This document shows, piece after piece, positions 13,488-26,894 of a DNA stretch of 64,000 nucleotides (the first letter of the stretch is position 1; every line of letters begins with the position of its first letter). The DNA lies in assembly GCF_006345805.1 (NCBI RefSeq), contig NC_043000.1:136214001-136278000 (forward strand), given 5' to 3'. The notes under the pieces are model-generated. The model was not told the origin of the DNA and made no database searches. It saw only the letters and a program-made list of their open reading frames with translations. This stretch comes from Octopus sinensis. Taxonomy: Eukaryota. Made by a program: the position numbers and the translations under genes.

Positions 13488-13681
13488 TATATACATATAT
13501 ATATATATATAAATATATATATATGTATATATTATATATATATATATGTATATATTATATATATATATATATAAATATATATATATGTATATATATATAT
13601 ATGTATATATGTATATATGTATATATATATGTGTATATATATATATATTATATATATATATATTATATATATATATATGTG

Positions 13682-13731
<50 letters not shown>

Positions 13732-13825
13732 AATCTGTGTGTGCATATGTCCTTAAAATCCTTAAAATGTTTTAGCCCGACGGCCGCGGCCATGCTGGGG
13801 CACCACCGCTGAATGAGCTACACTA

Positions 13826-13826
<1 letters not shown>

Positions 13827-13856
<30 letters not shown>

Positions 13857-14194
13857 TGTATGTATGTATGTATGTATGTATGTATGTATGTATGTATGTA
13901 TGTATGTATGTATGTATGTATGTATGTATGTATGTATGTATGTATGTATGTATGTATGTATGTATGTATGTATGTATGTATGTATGTATGTATGTATGTA
14001 TGTATGTATGTATGTATGTATGTATGTATGTATGTATGTATGTATGTATGTATGTATGTATGTATGTATGTATGTATGTATGTATGTATGTATGTATGTA
14101 TGTATGTATGTATGTATGTATGTATGTATGTATGTATGTATGTATGTATGTATGTATGTATGTATGTATGTATGTATGTATGTATGTATGTATG
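13827..14194. repeat. Perfect (TATG)n array, about 92 units
   Basis: Uninterrupted 368-bp tetranucleotide array. Confidence 0.95.
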
Positions 14195-14342
14195 TATATA
14201 TATATATATAATATATATATATAAATCTGTGTGTGCATATGTCCTTAAAATCCTTAAAATGTTTTAGCCCGACGGCCGCGGCCATGCTGGGGCACCACCG
14301 CTGAATGAGCTACACTAATATGTATGTATGTATGTATATATG

Positions 14343-14386
<44 letters not shown>

Positions 14387-14394
14387 ATATACAT

Positions 14395-14700
14395 ACATCA
14401 TCATCATCATTTAACGTCCACTTTCCATGCTAGCATGGGTTGGACGGTTCAGCTGGGATCTGGGAAGCCTGAAGGCTGCACCAGGCCAGTCAGATCTGGC
14501 AGTGTTTCTACAGCTGGATGCCCTTCCTAACGCCAACCACTCCAGAGTGTAGTGGGTGCTTTTTATGTGCCACTGGAACGGAAGCCAGTCAAGGTGGCGC
14601 TGGCATCGGCCACGTTTTTATGGTGCGTTTTACGTGGCACCGGCACAGGTATCACAACTACAATTTCCATTTGATCTCTTGATGTTGATGTTGATGTACT
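14395..14700 (-). mobile_element. Interspersed repeat family G, (GAT)n-tailed, SINE/RTE-like
   Basis: 3' end CCATGCTAGCATGGAAAGTGGACGTTAAATGATGATG shared with copies near 17420, 19830, 20635, 33570 and 61005. Confidence 0.75.
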
Positions 14701-14799
14701 TGACTCAATAGGTCTCGGAATCTAGTTTATTCTATTTTTGAATCCTTTTGGAATCAAGTTTTTTTTCAAGTTAATTTTAGTTTATTTTTGTTTATTTTC

Positions 14800-15498
14800 A
14801 GATCAATAAGAAAAAGGAGCATTTTCAGCACCTCCTTTTTGTTTTTAATCAAGGTTCTAAGGCCGCAAAAGCTGCTCGCAGTATTTTTGCTGTAAATGGG
14901 GAGAGTGTTATAGCTGAAACTGCTCATGATTGGTATGCCAAGTTCAAAAATGGAAATTTTGACCTCAAAGATGCACCTTGTTCTGGCCGTCCAGTTGAGT
15001 TCGATCAAAAGCGATTAAACCAACTTTTCCACAAAAATTCTCAGCAAACGAAAAGGGGACTGGCAGAGAAAATGGAATGCTCCTACACTGCTATAGAGAA
15101 GCATCTTCACTCGATGGGAAAGGTTCAGAAGTATGGAGCATGGGTCCCGCATGCTTTAAGTGACAACAATAAAAATCAATGAGCCACAATCACCACTGGT
15201 TTGCTTGCTCATCACCGCTCAGCTCATGGACACAAGCAACAATTTCTTTACCGAATCGTTACTGGCGACGAAAAATGGTACCTGTACATCAATATGAAGC
15301 AGTGTAAGGAATGGCTTAGCACCAGTAAATAAGCGACACCGCGTGTGAAACAAGATTTTCATCTGTGTAAAACAATGTTCTGCATATTGTGGGACTGGGA
15401 AGGGATTATCCATTACGAATTACTTGAACGGAACCAAACGGTCAACGTGGAACTCTATGTTCAACAGATAGAATGACTCATCACGGCTATTCAAGAGG
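14800..15498 (+). mobile_element. Mariner transposase remnant
   Basis: KYGAWVPHALSDNNK, RIVTGDEKW and LWDWEGIIHYELL motifs with stops; truncated at a microsatellite. Confidence 0.9.
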
Positions 15499-15532
<34 letters not shown>

Positions 15533-15549
15533 ATGTATATATTTATATA

Positions 15550-15614
<65 letters not shown>

Positions 15615-15668
15615 GTTCTATTTCATAATTTATCAAATTAACTATTGTTTAACTATTCTCTCACACTG

Positions 15669-15714
15669 TCTCTGATGAAGGGATATAATAAATATCCCGG
15701 AAACAGCTGTAAGA
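15669..15714 (+). ncRNA. Minimal type I hammerhead ribozyme motif
   Basis: UCU CUGAUGA A GGGAUAU aauaa AUAUCCC G GAAAC AGCU GUA / AGA. Canonical core, 7-bp stem II, palindromic loop III. Confidence 0.85.
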
Positions 15715-15776
15715 TCTATTTATAAATGTTCTAAAATCTTCACAGCCTTGGTTTTTTATCTCACTCTGAGATATTT

Positions 15777-15811
<35 letters not shown>

Positions 15812-15890
15812 CTTTTAGTATGTGACCTCGTCTGTATCACTAGCGATTTTTTCCCCTGTCTTCCCTTCTCGGGATCTTTCCTTCTCCTAT

Positions 15891-15925
15891 GTTTCCGACG
15901 GAGAGCTCTGCTCGAAACGTCAAAC
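15891..15925 (+). ncRNA. Minimal hammerhead motif with variant core (family K)
   Basis: GUUU CCGACGG A GAGC ucu GCUC GAAAC GUC / AAAC. Perfect stems I and II, ACGU palindrome, U4C and A9G changes. Confidence 0.65.
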
Positions 15926-17419
15926 CCTCCTTCTTCCCTTCTTTCCTGAGCGTCCAATAATACTTTATTTGTTCCACGTCCTTGCGTTGTTGTTTTTTTG
16001 TTTTTGTTTTCTTGTTTGGATTAACTATATATATATATATACATATATAAGTATGTATACACATACAAACGCACACACTCTCACAATCAAACACATACAC
16101 ATACACATATGAATGTATTTGTTTGCGTGTGTGTTATTCAGCATGTGCACGCACATATATGCAGCAGAATGCTCTTTATATTGTTTGTTCCTTCATGCCT
16201 GTATATGCAACTATAAAATAATGTACGAGCTAAGTTGGGAAAGTACTATTAAATTAAGATATATACTTTTCAAAGCAATATAATATATCATCCACATGCC
16301 TATAGCTTCTATCCACATGATTCTAAAAGCTTTTTATTGCTGAATATATATATACTAATAAATTTATGTTGTCTTGTAGGTATATTTTAACAAACTGTAT
16401 TTAGTGGTTATTCGTTTTTTAAAAAAGAAATTGATACTCAAGCTCTGTTGGTTTAGAAGAGCAAGGAACAACATCTAGAAATACATTCTGTTGCTAGTAA
16501 TTTGAGGTTTACTGTCAATAATCTTGTGTGAAATCAGTCCTTAGTTGGACAGAGTAAGAAAATGTATAAGTAAGTGCCAGTTATTTGGGCAGGCTTCCAT
16601 TTCATTACTATATGTTGGAGGTTTTAGATTATTTGGATTTAGGTCAACTTTGAAAAGTTTTTTTATTGGTTCTCTCTAAGAAGCAATAGTTTTATAATGT
16701 TAAATGAAATATCAGTGATAGTCTTAGACAAGATTATTCTGGCAAAGACTTCCTTGATTCGGATGACATTACTCTACATTTCTATGAATCAATAACATTA
16801 AGAATATGAGCGTGTGTGTATGAGTGTGTGAGTGTTTGTATATGTATGTGTATGTATTTGTGCACATGTATGTGTTTGTGTATGTATGTTGCTTTTCCCC
16901 AGCTTTTTTTCTTATATCTGTTTTAATCTTTCTGACATCTAATACAAATTGCTTGCTAGCCATTGAAACAGCTTCTATTTAGTTGTTTGATGTAGTTGCG
17001 TCCATATCTTCATTAATTTACATCCTGTTATTTAAAAAAAAAAATGAATGACAGATTTGATAATGTAGTCTGAGATATATTATGCCTGAAACTAAACAAT
17101 GATAGATATCCATAAGTATTCAGCTGTTCAATCTATGGACCTACCTGCACATTGAATTTTCATGAAAGTGGTTGAGAATTCCACATGTGTAATCTTAATG
17201 CAATTCTCATGTAGAAACTGTGGGATAAGACTGGACCTGCCAGAGCAGCTAACTGTCTTCATGTCTTTACTGCCTCCTTTGCCTCATCTCTGTCATCAAA
17301 TCATTGTCTCCAAAGACTTTCCTTCCTTGAACTAAACAAGTGGAAGTCAGAGGGTGCAATGGAAGAGGAACCACTGACCAGTCCAGTATTCTGATTGCCT
17401 GATTTTTACCAGCTAACTG

Positions 17420-17800
17420 GCACATAAAAAGCACCATTAGAGTGTGATCATTACCAGCGTCACCTTACTGGCACTTGTGCAGGTGGCACGGGAAAAAACA
17501 TTTGAGCGAGGTCATTGCCAGTGCTGCTGGACTGGCTCCTAGGCAGGTGGCATGTAAAAAAACCCCATGTGAGCATGGCCATTGCCAGTACCGCCTGACT
17601 GGCCCTCTTGCCGGTGGCATGTAAAAACACCCACTACACTCTCGAAGTGGTTGGCATTAGGGAGGGCATCCAGCTGTAGAAAGTCTGCCAGATCAAGATT
17701 GGAGCCTGGTGCAGCCATCTGGTTCGCCAGTCCTCAGTCAAATCATCCAACCCATGCTAGCATGGAAAGCAGACGTTAAATTATGATGATGATGATGATA
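17420..17800 (+). mobile_element. Repeat family G
   Basis: Internal subrepeats GGTGGCA(C/T)GTAAAAA..CC and a (GAT)n tail. Confidence 0.8.
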
Positions 17801-18039
17801 TTCCATCTGACTGGATTTCATAGAGTTTCTGTGAACCTAATATCCATCATGAGGCTTTAGTAGACTTAAGGTCACAGGAAAAGATGCTATGCAGTGAGAT
17901 GTGATTGCAATATGAACTTCCTAACCGTATATGAGGCATAATTTTTTGTTATTATCTGACATGGAACATTTGAATTGCCATTGTTGGATGAGTAAATGTT
18001 CTATAGTAATTCTTCTTCCTGTTCTTCAATGCAGGCAAA

Positions 18040-19095
18040 TAATGCATTCCAAACAGAAACAACCTGCTGTCATTGAGCAATTGATGAATGGGTACAGGCT
18101 GTCTCACATTCACAGAGGGTTACAGGGGGTTTATGGAGATAAATTCATTAACAAAAGCAATGTAGGAGACCATAAATATAACATCAATCAACAGCAATTG
18201 GGATGAATTGGTATATGAGCCACATCCCTGAACTTGCTGTGCAACTGGACTGTGCATCCCAATGCAATGCATAAGATGGTAAAAGTGTATAAAGTGTATA
18301 AGGTCTTTAAAGTTAGTTCCTTGGCAGTCGATACTCAATTTGAAGATGAAAAGTAGAAACCTACTCTGACCTGCAGGAAGCATTTGGAGTTAATGAAGAA
18401 ATGTTTCTTTCTGTCTTCAGTTTGGTAACAGGAAATTAAATGTAGCCGTATTTTTATGGTCCAGAAATAAAGGCTCAGTTCATGGAATGGCAGTGAGCTG
18501 GCAGAAACGTTAGCACGCCGGGCGAAATGTTTAGCAGTATTTCGTCTGCTGCTACGTTCTGAGTTCAAATTCCACCAAAGTCAACTTTGCCTTTCATCCT
18601 TTCGGGGTTGATTAAATAAGTACCAGTTATGCACTGGGTTCGATATAATCGACATCCGTTTGTCTGTCCTTGTTTGTCCCCTCTGTGTGTAGCGCCATGT
18701 GGGCAGTAAAGAAATAGTTATTGCAGCTCTTTTTCAAGACTTAAGATGTTTAAGAGCCTGCATTTGGAACAGAAAGTCATGATGACTGTTTTGAGGATAA
18801 CAAAGGTATCTACCATTCTTCTTGATTTTCTGGAAATTGAGAAACCCAAAATGCTTAGAGGCCTTTAAAAGAGACCAAACAAGAATCTGAAAACAGTGCA
18901 CATTCACTATAATAATGCAAGGCTACATACATCCTGGTAAGAAATCAGGCAATCAGAATACTGGACTGGTCAGTGGTTCCCCTTCCATTGCACCCTCTGA
19001 CTTCCACTTGTTTAGTTCAAGGAAGGAAAGTCTTTGGAGACAATGATTTGATGACAGCGATGAGGCAAAAGAGGCAGTAAAGACATGAAGAGAAG
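18040..19095 (+). mobile_element. Highly decayed mariner interrupted by SINE B
   Basis: N-terminus KQPAVIEQL...IHRGLQGVYGD, middle KVMMTV, C-terminal YNNARLHT and ILDWSV. Confidence 0.55.
18488..18716 (+). mobile_element. SINE family B
   Basis: Head GAGCTGGCAGAAACGTTAGC..GAGTTCAAATTCC and core GACTTTGCCTTTCATCCTTTCGGGG. The core recalls the Meta-domain SINE core (from memory, unverified). Confidence 0.85.
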
Positions 19096-19651
19096 AGGTT
19101 ATATCTGAAAATTATCAAAGAAAATTGAGCTGCTAGTTTCAACTAGCACTTAAGACAAATGCAGCACTTAAGGCACAATCTATGTTAAGTAGTATTTTTG
19201 TATAGAGGAAAAGTTAGTTTACAAACATGAGTAATTTGAATGGCATGCATAACCTATGGCAGTTAGTAAATTAGTTATTCCCACTTTTTATTGCTTTGAG
19301 GACAACCCCTCTATATGTGTGTGTGTATAAGAATTTCTAAAAATATAATTATTATTTTTAAACTTAATATACAAATGTACACACACAACTGGTTAGGGTG
19401 TTGTACTCATGATCATGAGATCATATTTTCAATTCCTGGACTGAGTGGTGTGTTATGTTTTTGAGAAAAAAAAAACACTTCATCTAAAATTATTTGGCAA
19501 TCACTTTGACACCTGATGTCTGGTAGACTGTGTGTCTGTTTCATGTAATGTTGATTTGATGGAGGAAGTGAGCTAATATACAACACATACACTTGATCAC
19601 TATAATATATATATATATGTATATATATACTTTATTTAAAGCAGCAGAAAA

Positions 19652-19689
19652 TTGTCCGATGAACGGCAACGGGAAACTCAGAGTAACAG
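19652..19689 (+). ncRNA. Minimal hammerhead motif (family E, left arm deleted)
   Basis: UUGU CCGAUGA A CG GCAA CG G GAAAC UCAGA GUA / ACAG, within element 19628-19790. Confidence 0.7.
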
Positions 19690-20001
19690 TTTTCTGATAG
19701 TTTTGCTGCTATAATAAAAGCATGTTACTCTACCTTTAGTATTACAGTACTACTTTTTCATCTTGTTTTGCATTTATGTGCTTGTGTGTGTGTGTGGTGT
19801 GTGTGTGTGTGTGTGTATCATCATCATAATCATTTAACAACCATTGTCCATGCTGCCTAGCTTAACCAGAGCTGGCAAGATGGGGAGCTGCACCAGACTG
19901 CAGTCTGATTTTGAATGTTTTCTATGACTGAATGTCCTTCCTAGCACTAACCACCTTACAGTGTGTCCTAGGTGGTACTGCATGGGTGCTTATATATATA
20001 C

Positions 20002-20045
<44 letters not shown>

Positions 20046-20053
20046 ACCACATA

Positions 20054-20435
20054 GGCGCAGGAGTGGCTGTGTGGTAAGTTGCTTGCTAACCAACCACATG
20101 GTTCCGGGTTCAGTCCCACTGCGTGGCATCTTGGGCAAGTGTCTTCATGCCTTGTGAGTGGATTTGGTAGATGGAAACTGAAAGAAGCCTGTCGTATATA
20201 TGTATATATATATAAGTGTGTGTGTATATGTTTGTGTGTCTGTGTTTGTCCACCTAGCATTGCTTGACAACCGATGCTGGTGTGTTTACGTCCCCGTCAC
20301 TTAGCGGTTCGGCAAAACAGACCGATAGAATAAGTACTGGGCTTACAAAGAATAAGTTTTGCTCGACTAAAGGCGGTGCTCCAGCATGGCCGCAGTCAAA
20401 TGACTGAAACAAGTAAAAGAGTAAAAGAGTAAAGA
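20054..20435 (+). mobile_element. SINE family A
   Basis: GGCGCAGGAGTGGCTGTGTGG head and (GTAAAAGA)n tail. Confidence 0.9.
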
Positions 20436-20436
20436 G

Positions 20437-20622
20437 ATAGATCGCTAGCCACTACACATTCTTTATTTTCTCTCCTTGTTTCTTTCTGTGTCCCTTTCTG
20501 TGGAAGAGCGTTGGATTGAAACATTAAAGACCTTTTCACTTCCTGAGCATTAAACCAATGCATCTGTTTGTTGTCTACACGACCTGACTTCGTTTTTTTT
20601 TTTTTATGAATTCTCCCCCTAT
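20437..20622 (+). mobile_element. Family K short element with decayed hammerhead-like motif (20494-20529)
   Basis: Closely similar to 50850-51037 and 47515-47680. Confidence 0.75.
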
Positions 20623-21718
20623 ATCATCAAAATCATCATCATCATTTAACGTCCGTTTTTCATGCTAGCATGGTTTGGACGGTTCAACCAGGGTCTGAGA
20701 AGCCAGGAGGCTGCACCAGGCTCCAGTCTTATCTGGCAGTGTTTCTACAGCTGGATGACCTTCCTAACGCCAACACTCCATGAGTGTAATGGGTGCTTTT
20801 TACGTGCATATATATATATATTAGAGAGAGAGAGGGAAAGAGAGAGTGAGAGGAAGCGAGAGAGAGAGAGAGAGAGAATTGGAATTAGAAAATAGCAAGC
20901 TAATGAGTATTTTTTGAAGTACAAATATATTAGCACCGTATATGACAAAACTGTAGTCAATAATAATGACTTCACCTTCAACTTTTCTCAAACTTTGCCT
21001 GGAAATGAGAAATGTTATCAATTCCATGACCTAACAATTTAGACAACCAAGTATTTAAGACATCTAAAACAATTAAAACACCCAGAATATAACTGCATGC
21101 AGTCTACAATGGCTTGATTATATCAAGAAAGTAACCAGTTAGGTTGACATTAATGTATTCCAATTGAAATACTAATGAAGTTTTCATGGGAAAAGAACAA
21201 GTTCTAAAAAGAAAATGGTTGATACTTTGGAAGAATTTATTGAAAAATCAATAGTGGTTAGTATAGAGAAGTGATAGTCACTTTCTCTGAGAAAATTATT
21301 TCTCTAACGTTATTTAAATTATTTCACCTGCAGCAAAATAAATCATTGCAAAATTCCTGTAAGATATTCTTGAATTTCCCATCATCATCATCACTAACAT
21401 CTCTACATAACGATAATTTGATTTTGTTGAATTTATATATCTATTTCCAAGATGGCTGTTTGAGCATGTTGTTTTGGTTTCATTTCTTTTACTTCAAAGT
21501 ATATTGATAAGTAACACCACATAGAAACTGGAGCATAACTGGGATGGCGAATTCTCATTGTCAACCAGCTTGCTTTCCTCTGTTGACGTCACCTTCTGCC
21601 AGCTTTCTTTACGGTTACTTTCAAACAAGTTACATCCTGTTTGATACTTTCTCCTTCACTGCTGATGATCAGATGCATTAACAGTCCCCGAGGAAACATC
21701 AATATTAAAGTGACTGAA

Positions 21719-22127
21719 TACTCTTTTACTTGTTTCAGTCATTTGACTGTGGCCATGCTGGAGCACCGCCTTTAGTCGAGAAAATCGACCCCAGGACTTA
21801 TTCTTTGTAAGCCTAGTACTTATTCTATCGGTCTCTTTTGCCGAACCACTAAATTACAGGGACCTAAACACACCGGCATCGGTTGTCAAATGATGTTAGG
21901 GTGACAAACACAGACACACAAAAATATACACACACATACACACATATATATATATACATATATACGACGGGCTTCTTTCAGTTTCCGTCTACTAAATCCA
22001 CTCACAAGGCTTTGGTCAGCCCGAGGTTATGGTAGAAGACACTTGCCCAAGGTGCCACACAGTGGGACTGAACCGGAACCATGTGGTTGGTGAGCAAGCT
22101 ACTTACCACACAGCCACTCCTATGCCT
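21719..22127 (-). mobile_element. SINE family A
   Basis: Reverse complement of a complete family A copy. Confidence 0.9.
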
Positions 22128-22322
22128 AGTTGTTTACTTTAGTTGATTCTTATATCACTGTTCCAGTGTTCCTACTGGGTGTGTTTGTCTTTGCAGCTCT
22201 CTATATAATCATATCTTGAGTATTTGAAACTCTGATAACCTCATTTAGAAATGATCGTGGAAGCTCTATAATCTTTTAGTCATTGCATATACAGGTGTAA
22301 TCTTTTAGTCATTGCATATATA

Positions 22323-22729
22323 GGTGTAGGAGTGGCTGTGTGGTAAGTAGCTTGCATGCCAACTACATGGTCCCGCGTTCAATCCCACTGCGTGGCACCT
22401 TGGGCAAGAGTCTTCTACTATAGCCTCAGGCCAACCAAAGCCTTGTGAGTGGATTTGGTAGATGGAAACTGAAAGAAGCCTGTTGTATATATATATATAT
22501 GCACATATGTGTATGTATTTGTATGTCTGTGTTTGTCCCCCCAACATCGCTTGACAACCGATGCTGGTGTGTTTATGTCCCCGTAACTTAGCAGTTTGGC
22601 AAAAGAGACCGATAGAATAAGTACTAGGCTTACAAAGAATAAAGTCCTGGGGTCGATTTGCTCGACTAAAGGCAATGCTCCAGCATGGCCACAGTCAAAT
22701 GACTGAAACAAGTAAAAGAATAAAGAGTA
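22323..22729 (+). mobile_element. SINE family A
   Basis: Complete copy; a 30-bp tandem duplication (22268-22327) sits at its 5' junction. Confidence 0.9.
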
Positions 22730-23194
22730 GACGTATATTAACATGCAGCAATAGGACTACTCTTTAGAGTCCTAAAAATATAGTGAACATGCTTTAAACA
22801 TGAGGACTGTTGACACATCTCGTTATAAATATCTTTCTCTCTCTCCCTTTTTCTCTCTTTGTCTTTGATCTCTCCATCTCCTAGTCAATCTGTCTGTCTG
22901 TCTGACTGTCTCCTCCCTCTATACTCCTCTCTCTTAGACTTTTATTCAGCTGGGTGATTATTTTGCAACGTCAGTAAATAGTTTATTTACTGTTTTGTTA
23001 TATTGGTGGCATGTGACTGCCTGTGAATACATGCTACTGACAATATGCAATGAAGCAGAAATGCATCTACATTCCCACCAACTGCTGCTAGGATGATTTT
23101 GTCAGGAGAGATACGGCAGCAAATTCACCTATTACAATGTATTCAGCGGTTACCACAACAACACAATGGACTATAAAATTTCCCAAGATGTTCT

Positions 23195-23596
23195 GGATCT
23201 TTTTGGTTTGAACGGCAGTTTTTTCTAGTGGTGTCATAAGAAATTGTCACCCATAATTATGACCCTAGTATCGATCTATTGCATTTCAATCTGTTTTAGG
23301 GTTAGGGTTAGGGGTGGGGGGAAGGATATCTTTTTTTCTTCAAATGTAACTAAACCCAATCTGTTTCTTAAACGAGGGACATATTCATACGGCACAGAAT
23401 AGACGTCAGGGATTGGTTGAAATTGCAGAAATTGAAGAAAAAAACAACAACAAATATCTTACAAACTATAGAATTTTCTCAATAAAGCCAAGAGAAAAAG
23501 ATGTTTTATAAACACATTCTACCAGTATACGAAGTTTAAAATTTTTTAGTTACCTAGAAATTATGTTAAAAACTGCTGTTCAAACTGAAAAGAGCC
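23195..23596. mobile_element. MITE with Merlin-like ends and internal TTAGGG repeats
   Basis: 29-bp TIRs starting GG (25/29 match), 8-bp TSD GATGTTCT / AATGTTCT, internal TTTAGGGTTAGGGTTAGGGG. Confidence 0.8.
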
Positions 23597-24379
23597 AATG
23601 TTCTCAGTAACCCCTTTTTCTACACTTTGGAAAATCTTATAAATCCAATGTTTGGTAGTGGTAAATACTTGCTCTATTAGTGTATCTAGTAGTTTATAAA
23701 CCTGACAAAAGTGCCAAGGAATTGAATTTAACTGTGAAAATAAGACAATTGCCAATGCAGAGCACTGACACTACTTGCACAGTGTATATATACTTGAACT
23801 TTGCTAAAGTTAATGAAATATCTTGGCTAGTGATACATGAAAGTGCCAATGATAAGACATGAAATTTGAGTTTATTTTTAGGTTACTATCTGGAACAGAA
23901 TATATTTGGCTTGAGGCAGAACTGTGATTTGTCATTAGATTTGACTACGTTAAAGATTATATTATTGAAAAATGTATAATACACAGTTACAAGGCAGTGA
24001 ATTAGCAGAGTCATCAAAGCATCAAGTAAAATGATTTGTAGCATTTGTTCTAATCCTCTACCCTCTGAGTTCAAATCCCACCGTGGTCATCTGTGTCTTT
24101 CATCTATTTTGAGGCTAATAAAAAAGTACAAATCAAGGCTGAAAGATTGGTAGAACTGTAAGAACATCAGACTGGACACTTTGGAATATTTATTCTGGCT
24201 GTTTGCATTCCAAGTTCAAATCTCACAATGGCTTACCTGGATTATAGACTTAATCAATTGTCTGGTTAACACAGTAACCTTGGACCTTGGATGTATTAGT
24301 GGATTACACACTGTTGCAAGCATTATATGTTTTAGCAACAACAAATTTATCAAAAATATAGAACCTATTTTTTACTACT

Positions 24380-24597
24380 CAGAAGGGGCTAAACACAGAG
24401 AGGACAAACAAGGACAGACATAGGTATTAAGTCGATTACATCGACCCCAGTGCGTAACTGGTACTTAATTTATCGACCCCGAAAGGATGAAAAGCAAAGT
24501 CGACCTCGGTGGAATTTGAACTCACAACATAACGCAGACGAAATACCGCTGAGCATTTCCCCCGGAGTGCTAATGATTCTGCCAGCTTGCTGCCCTT
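24380..24597 (-). mobile_element. SINE family B
   Basis: Reverse complement of the family B head and core. Confidence 0.85.
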
Positions 24598-25717
24598 TAT
24601 CAAAAATATAGAACCATTCTTGCTTAGTCAAAATACAGAAGAGATTGTTTTGAACACTTCGAAAAAATAAATGTTTGAATACCAAATTGAAGATTTTTTC
24701 CCTCTTTTCCACCTATTGGAGAGCCCCTGTAACTAGTCATGAGCACTGATTACCTGACTAAAAAGCAAAAGAAAAGAAAATAGATGCTTTAAATCACAAT
24801 TCCTGAATGCTTCACAGGTGTCATTTGCATTTTCATGCTTAGGTAACAAATGGTTCATATATGGCTTCTAATACAAATGATTTCCAATGCAGGTGATAAT
24901 ACAGGTAATTATCGACAATAAAGGTAATTATGATATCAAATTTTCCCATTAAAATCAACCATAGATAGAAATACATTGGATTCTACTTCTGGTGAAATTA
25001 GATAAATTCCTGTTTGTTTGGATCAAGTGATATTTTATTGGTGTTAATCACTAACAGGTATATTTTAAGTGTTTATTGACTCTTTTATTTATAGTTTCAT
25101 GTAATTTATTGACCAGAAATATATTGGCCTTATTACCTAAGTGACATAGTATACTATTTTCAATACCATCAGGTCAGTAATTAATGTTTTTTATGAATGG
25201 AAGTGAAAATGGAGCTACAGGTACATTATAAGTGATTAGGCTTCATTGTGCAAACGTTAACTAGAGTTATAAAATTCAGAGTGTGATGAAAAGTAAGATT
25301 TAAAGCACATGTTTAAAATGTTACAAACTCCATGGTGAGTTAATGTAGATAAGAACATCATATGGATGACAATATCAAATGCCTTTCAGAGACAATCAAT
25401 GACTACTTGTGTCTGTTGACCAGTGTTAAGGGACTTACAAAGGACTTCAACAACATCTGTTATGTTAGATATTGCTGAGTGATTCTTTCAGAAGTTAAAT
25501 TACATAAATTTAGAACTTTAACAGAAAATCTGTAATACATGAGTTCATTGTCTTTTTAAGGATCTTGCCAATGTTAGAATAAATAAACAAAAAATTTCTG
25601 ATTTTCAGTGGGGAATTGTTTCTGAATTATAAGATTATTTTGAAATTAGTTGGGAATGTTCAAATCAAACAGAATAGATTAAAGATGGAACAGTGTTTTG
25701 TATATGTTATGGTTTAG

Positions 25718-25971
25718 AAATTTCAATCCAGAAGAACATCGTCTATTTTTGTTGAGTTTTAGTGCTAACGTATCAGATAACAATCCTTTGGGACAAAATG
25801 GTGAAACTTTGAAACCATTGAGATTTGAATCACCAGAGAAATCTTTGAAGATCTTTTTAAAAGATATGTTATATTTTTATAAGAAATGCACAACCATTCT
25901 TCATTTAGTCATAATTCAGAAGAGATTTTTTTGAAGACCTTGAAGAAGTAATGGGATTTATTCTCTGTCAG
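25718..25971 (+). other. Possible coding exon of an unidentified gene
   Basis: TTTAG acceptor, 71 open codons (NFNPEEHRLFLL...KKC...), CAG|GTATAT donor. The frame stops at a T7 run unless one T is extra. No homology recognised. Confidence 0.25.
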
Positions 25972-26894
25972 GTATATCTGTGGTTATTATGAATTCATTC
26001 ATTCAGTTTATTAACATATGAAACCACTCCATTTGTTATGCTGCCACTGCTGGGAGGCTACTGGTGCTGTTGAAGCTGCTTCTGATAATGATGATGATGA
26101 TGATGACATTGATAATAACACAATGATGCTGTTGATGTTATACACATTATCACCATCACTAATTACATCATGATGAAACTACATGATCATTCTACCTCTT
26201 AGAAATAGCAGGCAAACCTCTTTCCTTTTATTTTAAAAAATGGAAAGATAACCTACCGTCTATTTAAAAAAAAAATTGGATAATGTAGTCCAGAGTACCC
26301 TGCAAAAATAAAACAAAAGAACTTCAGAAAACTAACAGGATGGTCATAAATCAAATGCTTTGATCATAAACTTAACTCAGTCCTCACAGGCCTACGGTTA
26401 AATAGCAGATAACATCCAATAACATTGGCAATATTAATCTTTAACTTGCTCTACTATCAGACCCACATGATAAGAACCAAAACTGTCCAAATACACCATG
26501 AAAACATATTTTTTATTTTTTATTTTATTTTTTCCATAAACTACTAATACAATCTCTATGATGACAAAATACAAAAGCAAAAACTTTTACAAAACAACAA
26601 TGGCATAGCAGATACTGTCTGTTAAGAATACTTCCTTCAAAAGCAAAGAATTGCTATATACATCTTCATTACATCAAGTCTTCCTTTTGATAGAAGGGTT
26701 TTTCTTGGATACAAAAATTTGATTTTTCTCTTTGCAAACCTCCCACCACATTCACACATAAACATAGTAAATTTAATAATTGTTGGGGTGTGCAAGTGCG
26801 TGCACACACACACATGTATTATATAGTTGTTTGCAAATGTGTGTACCGGTATATATACAAGGGGAAGTCGAAATTTATCTGCATTTTCACCATA

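Noticed and set aside
13302-14530. Long YVCM/HTYI/YI ORFs, and similar ORFs at 4250-4911, 49856-50520 and elsewhere
   Set aside because: Translations of TA/CA/TATG microsatellites, which lack stop codons in several frames.
23290-23320. Telomere or chromosome fusion site
   Set aside because: Only 2-3 TTAGGG units, and they lie inside a TIR/TSD-bounded MITE.
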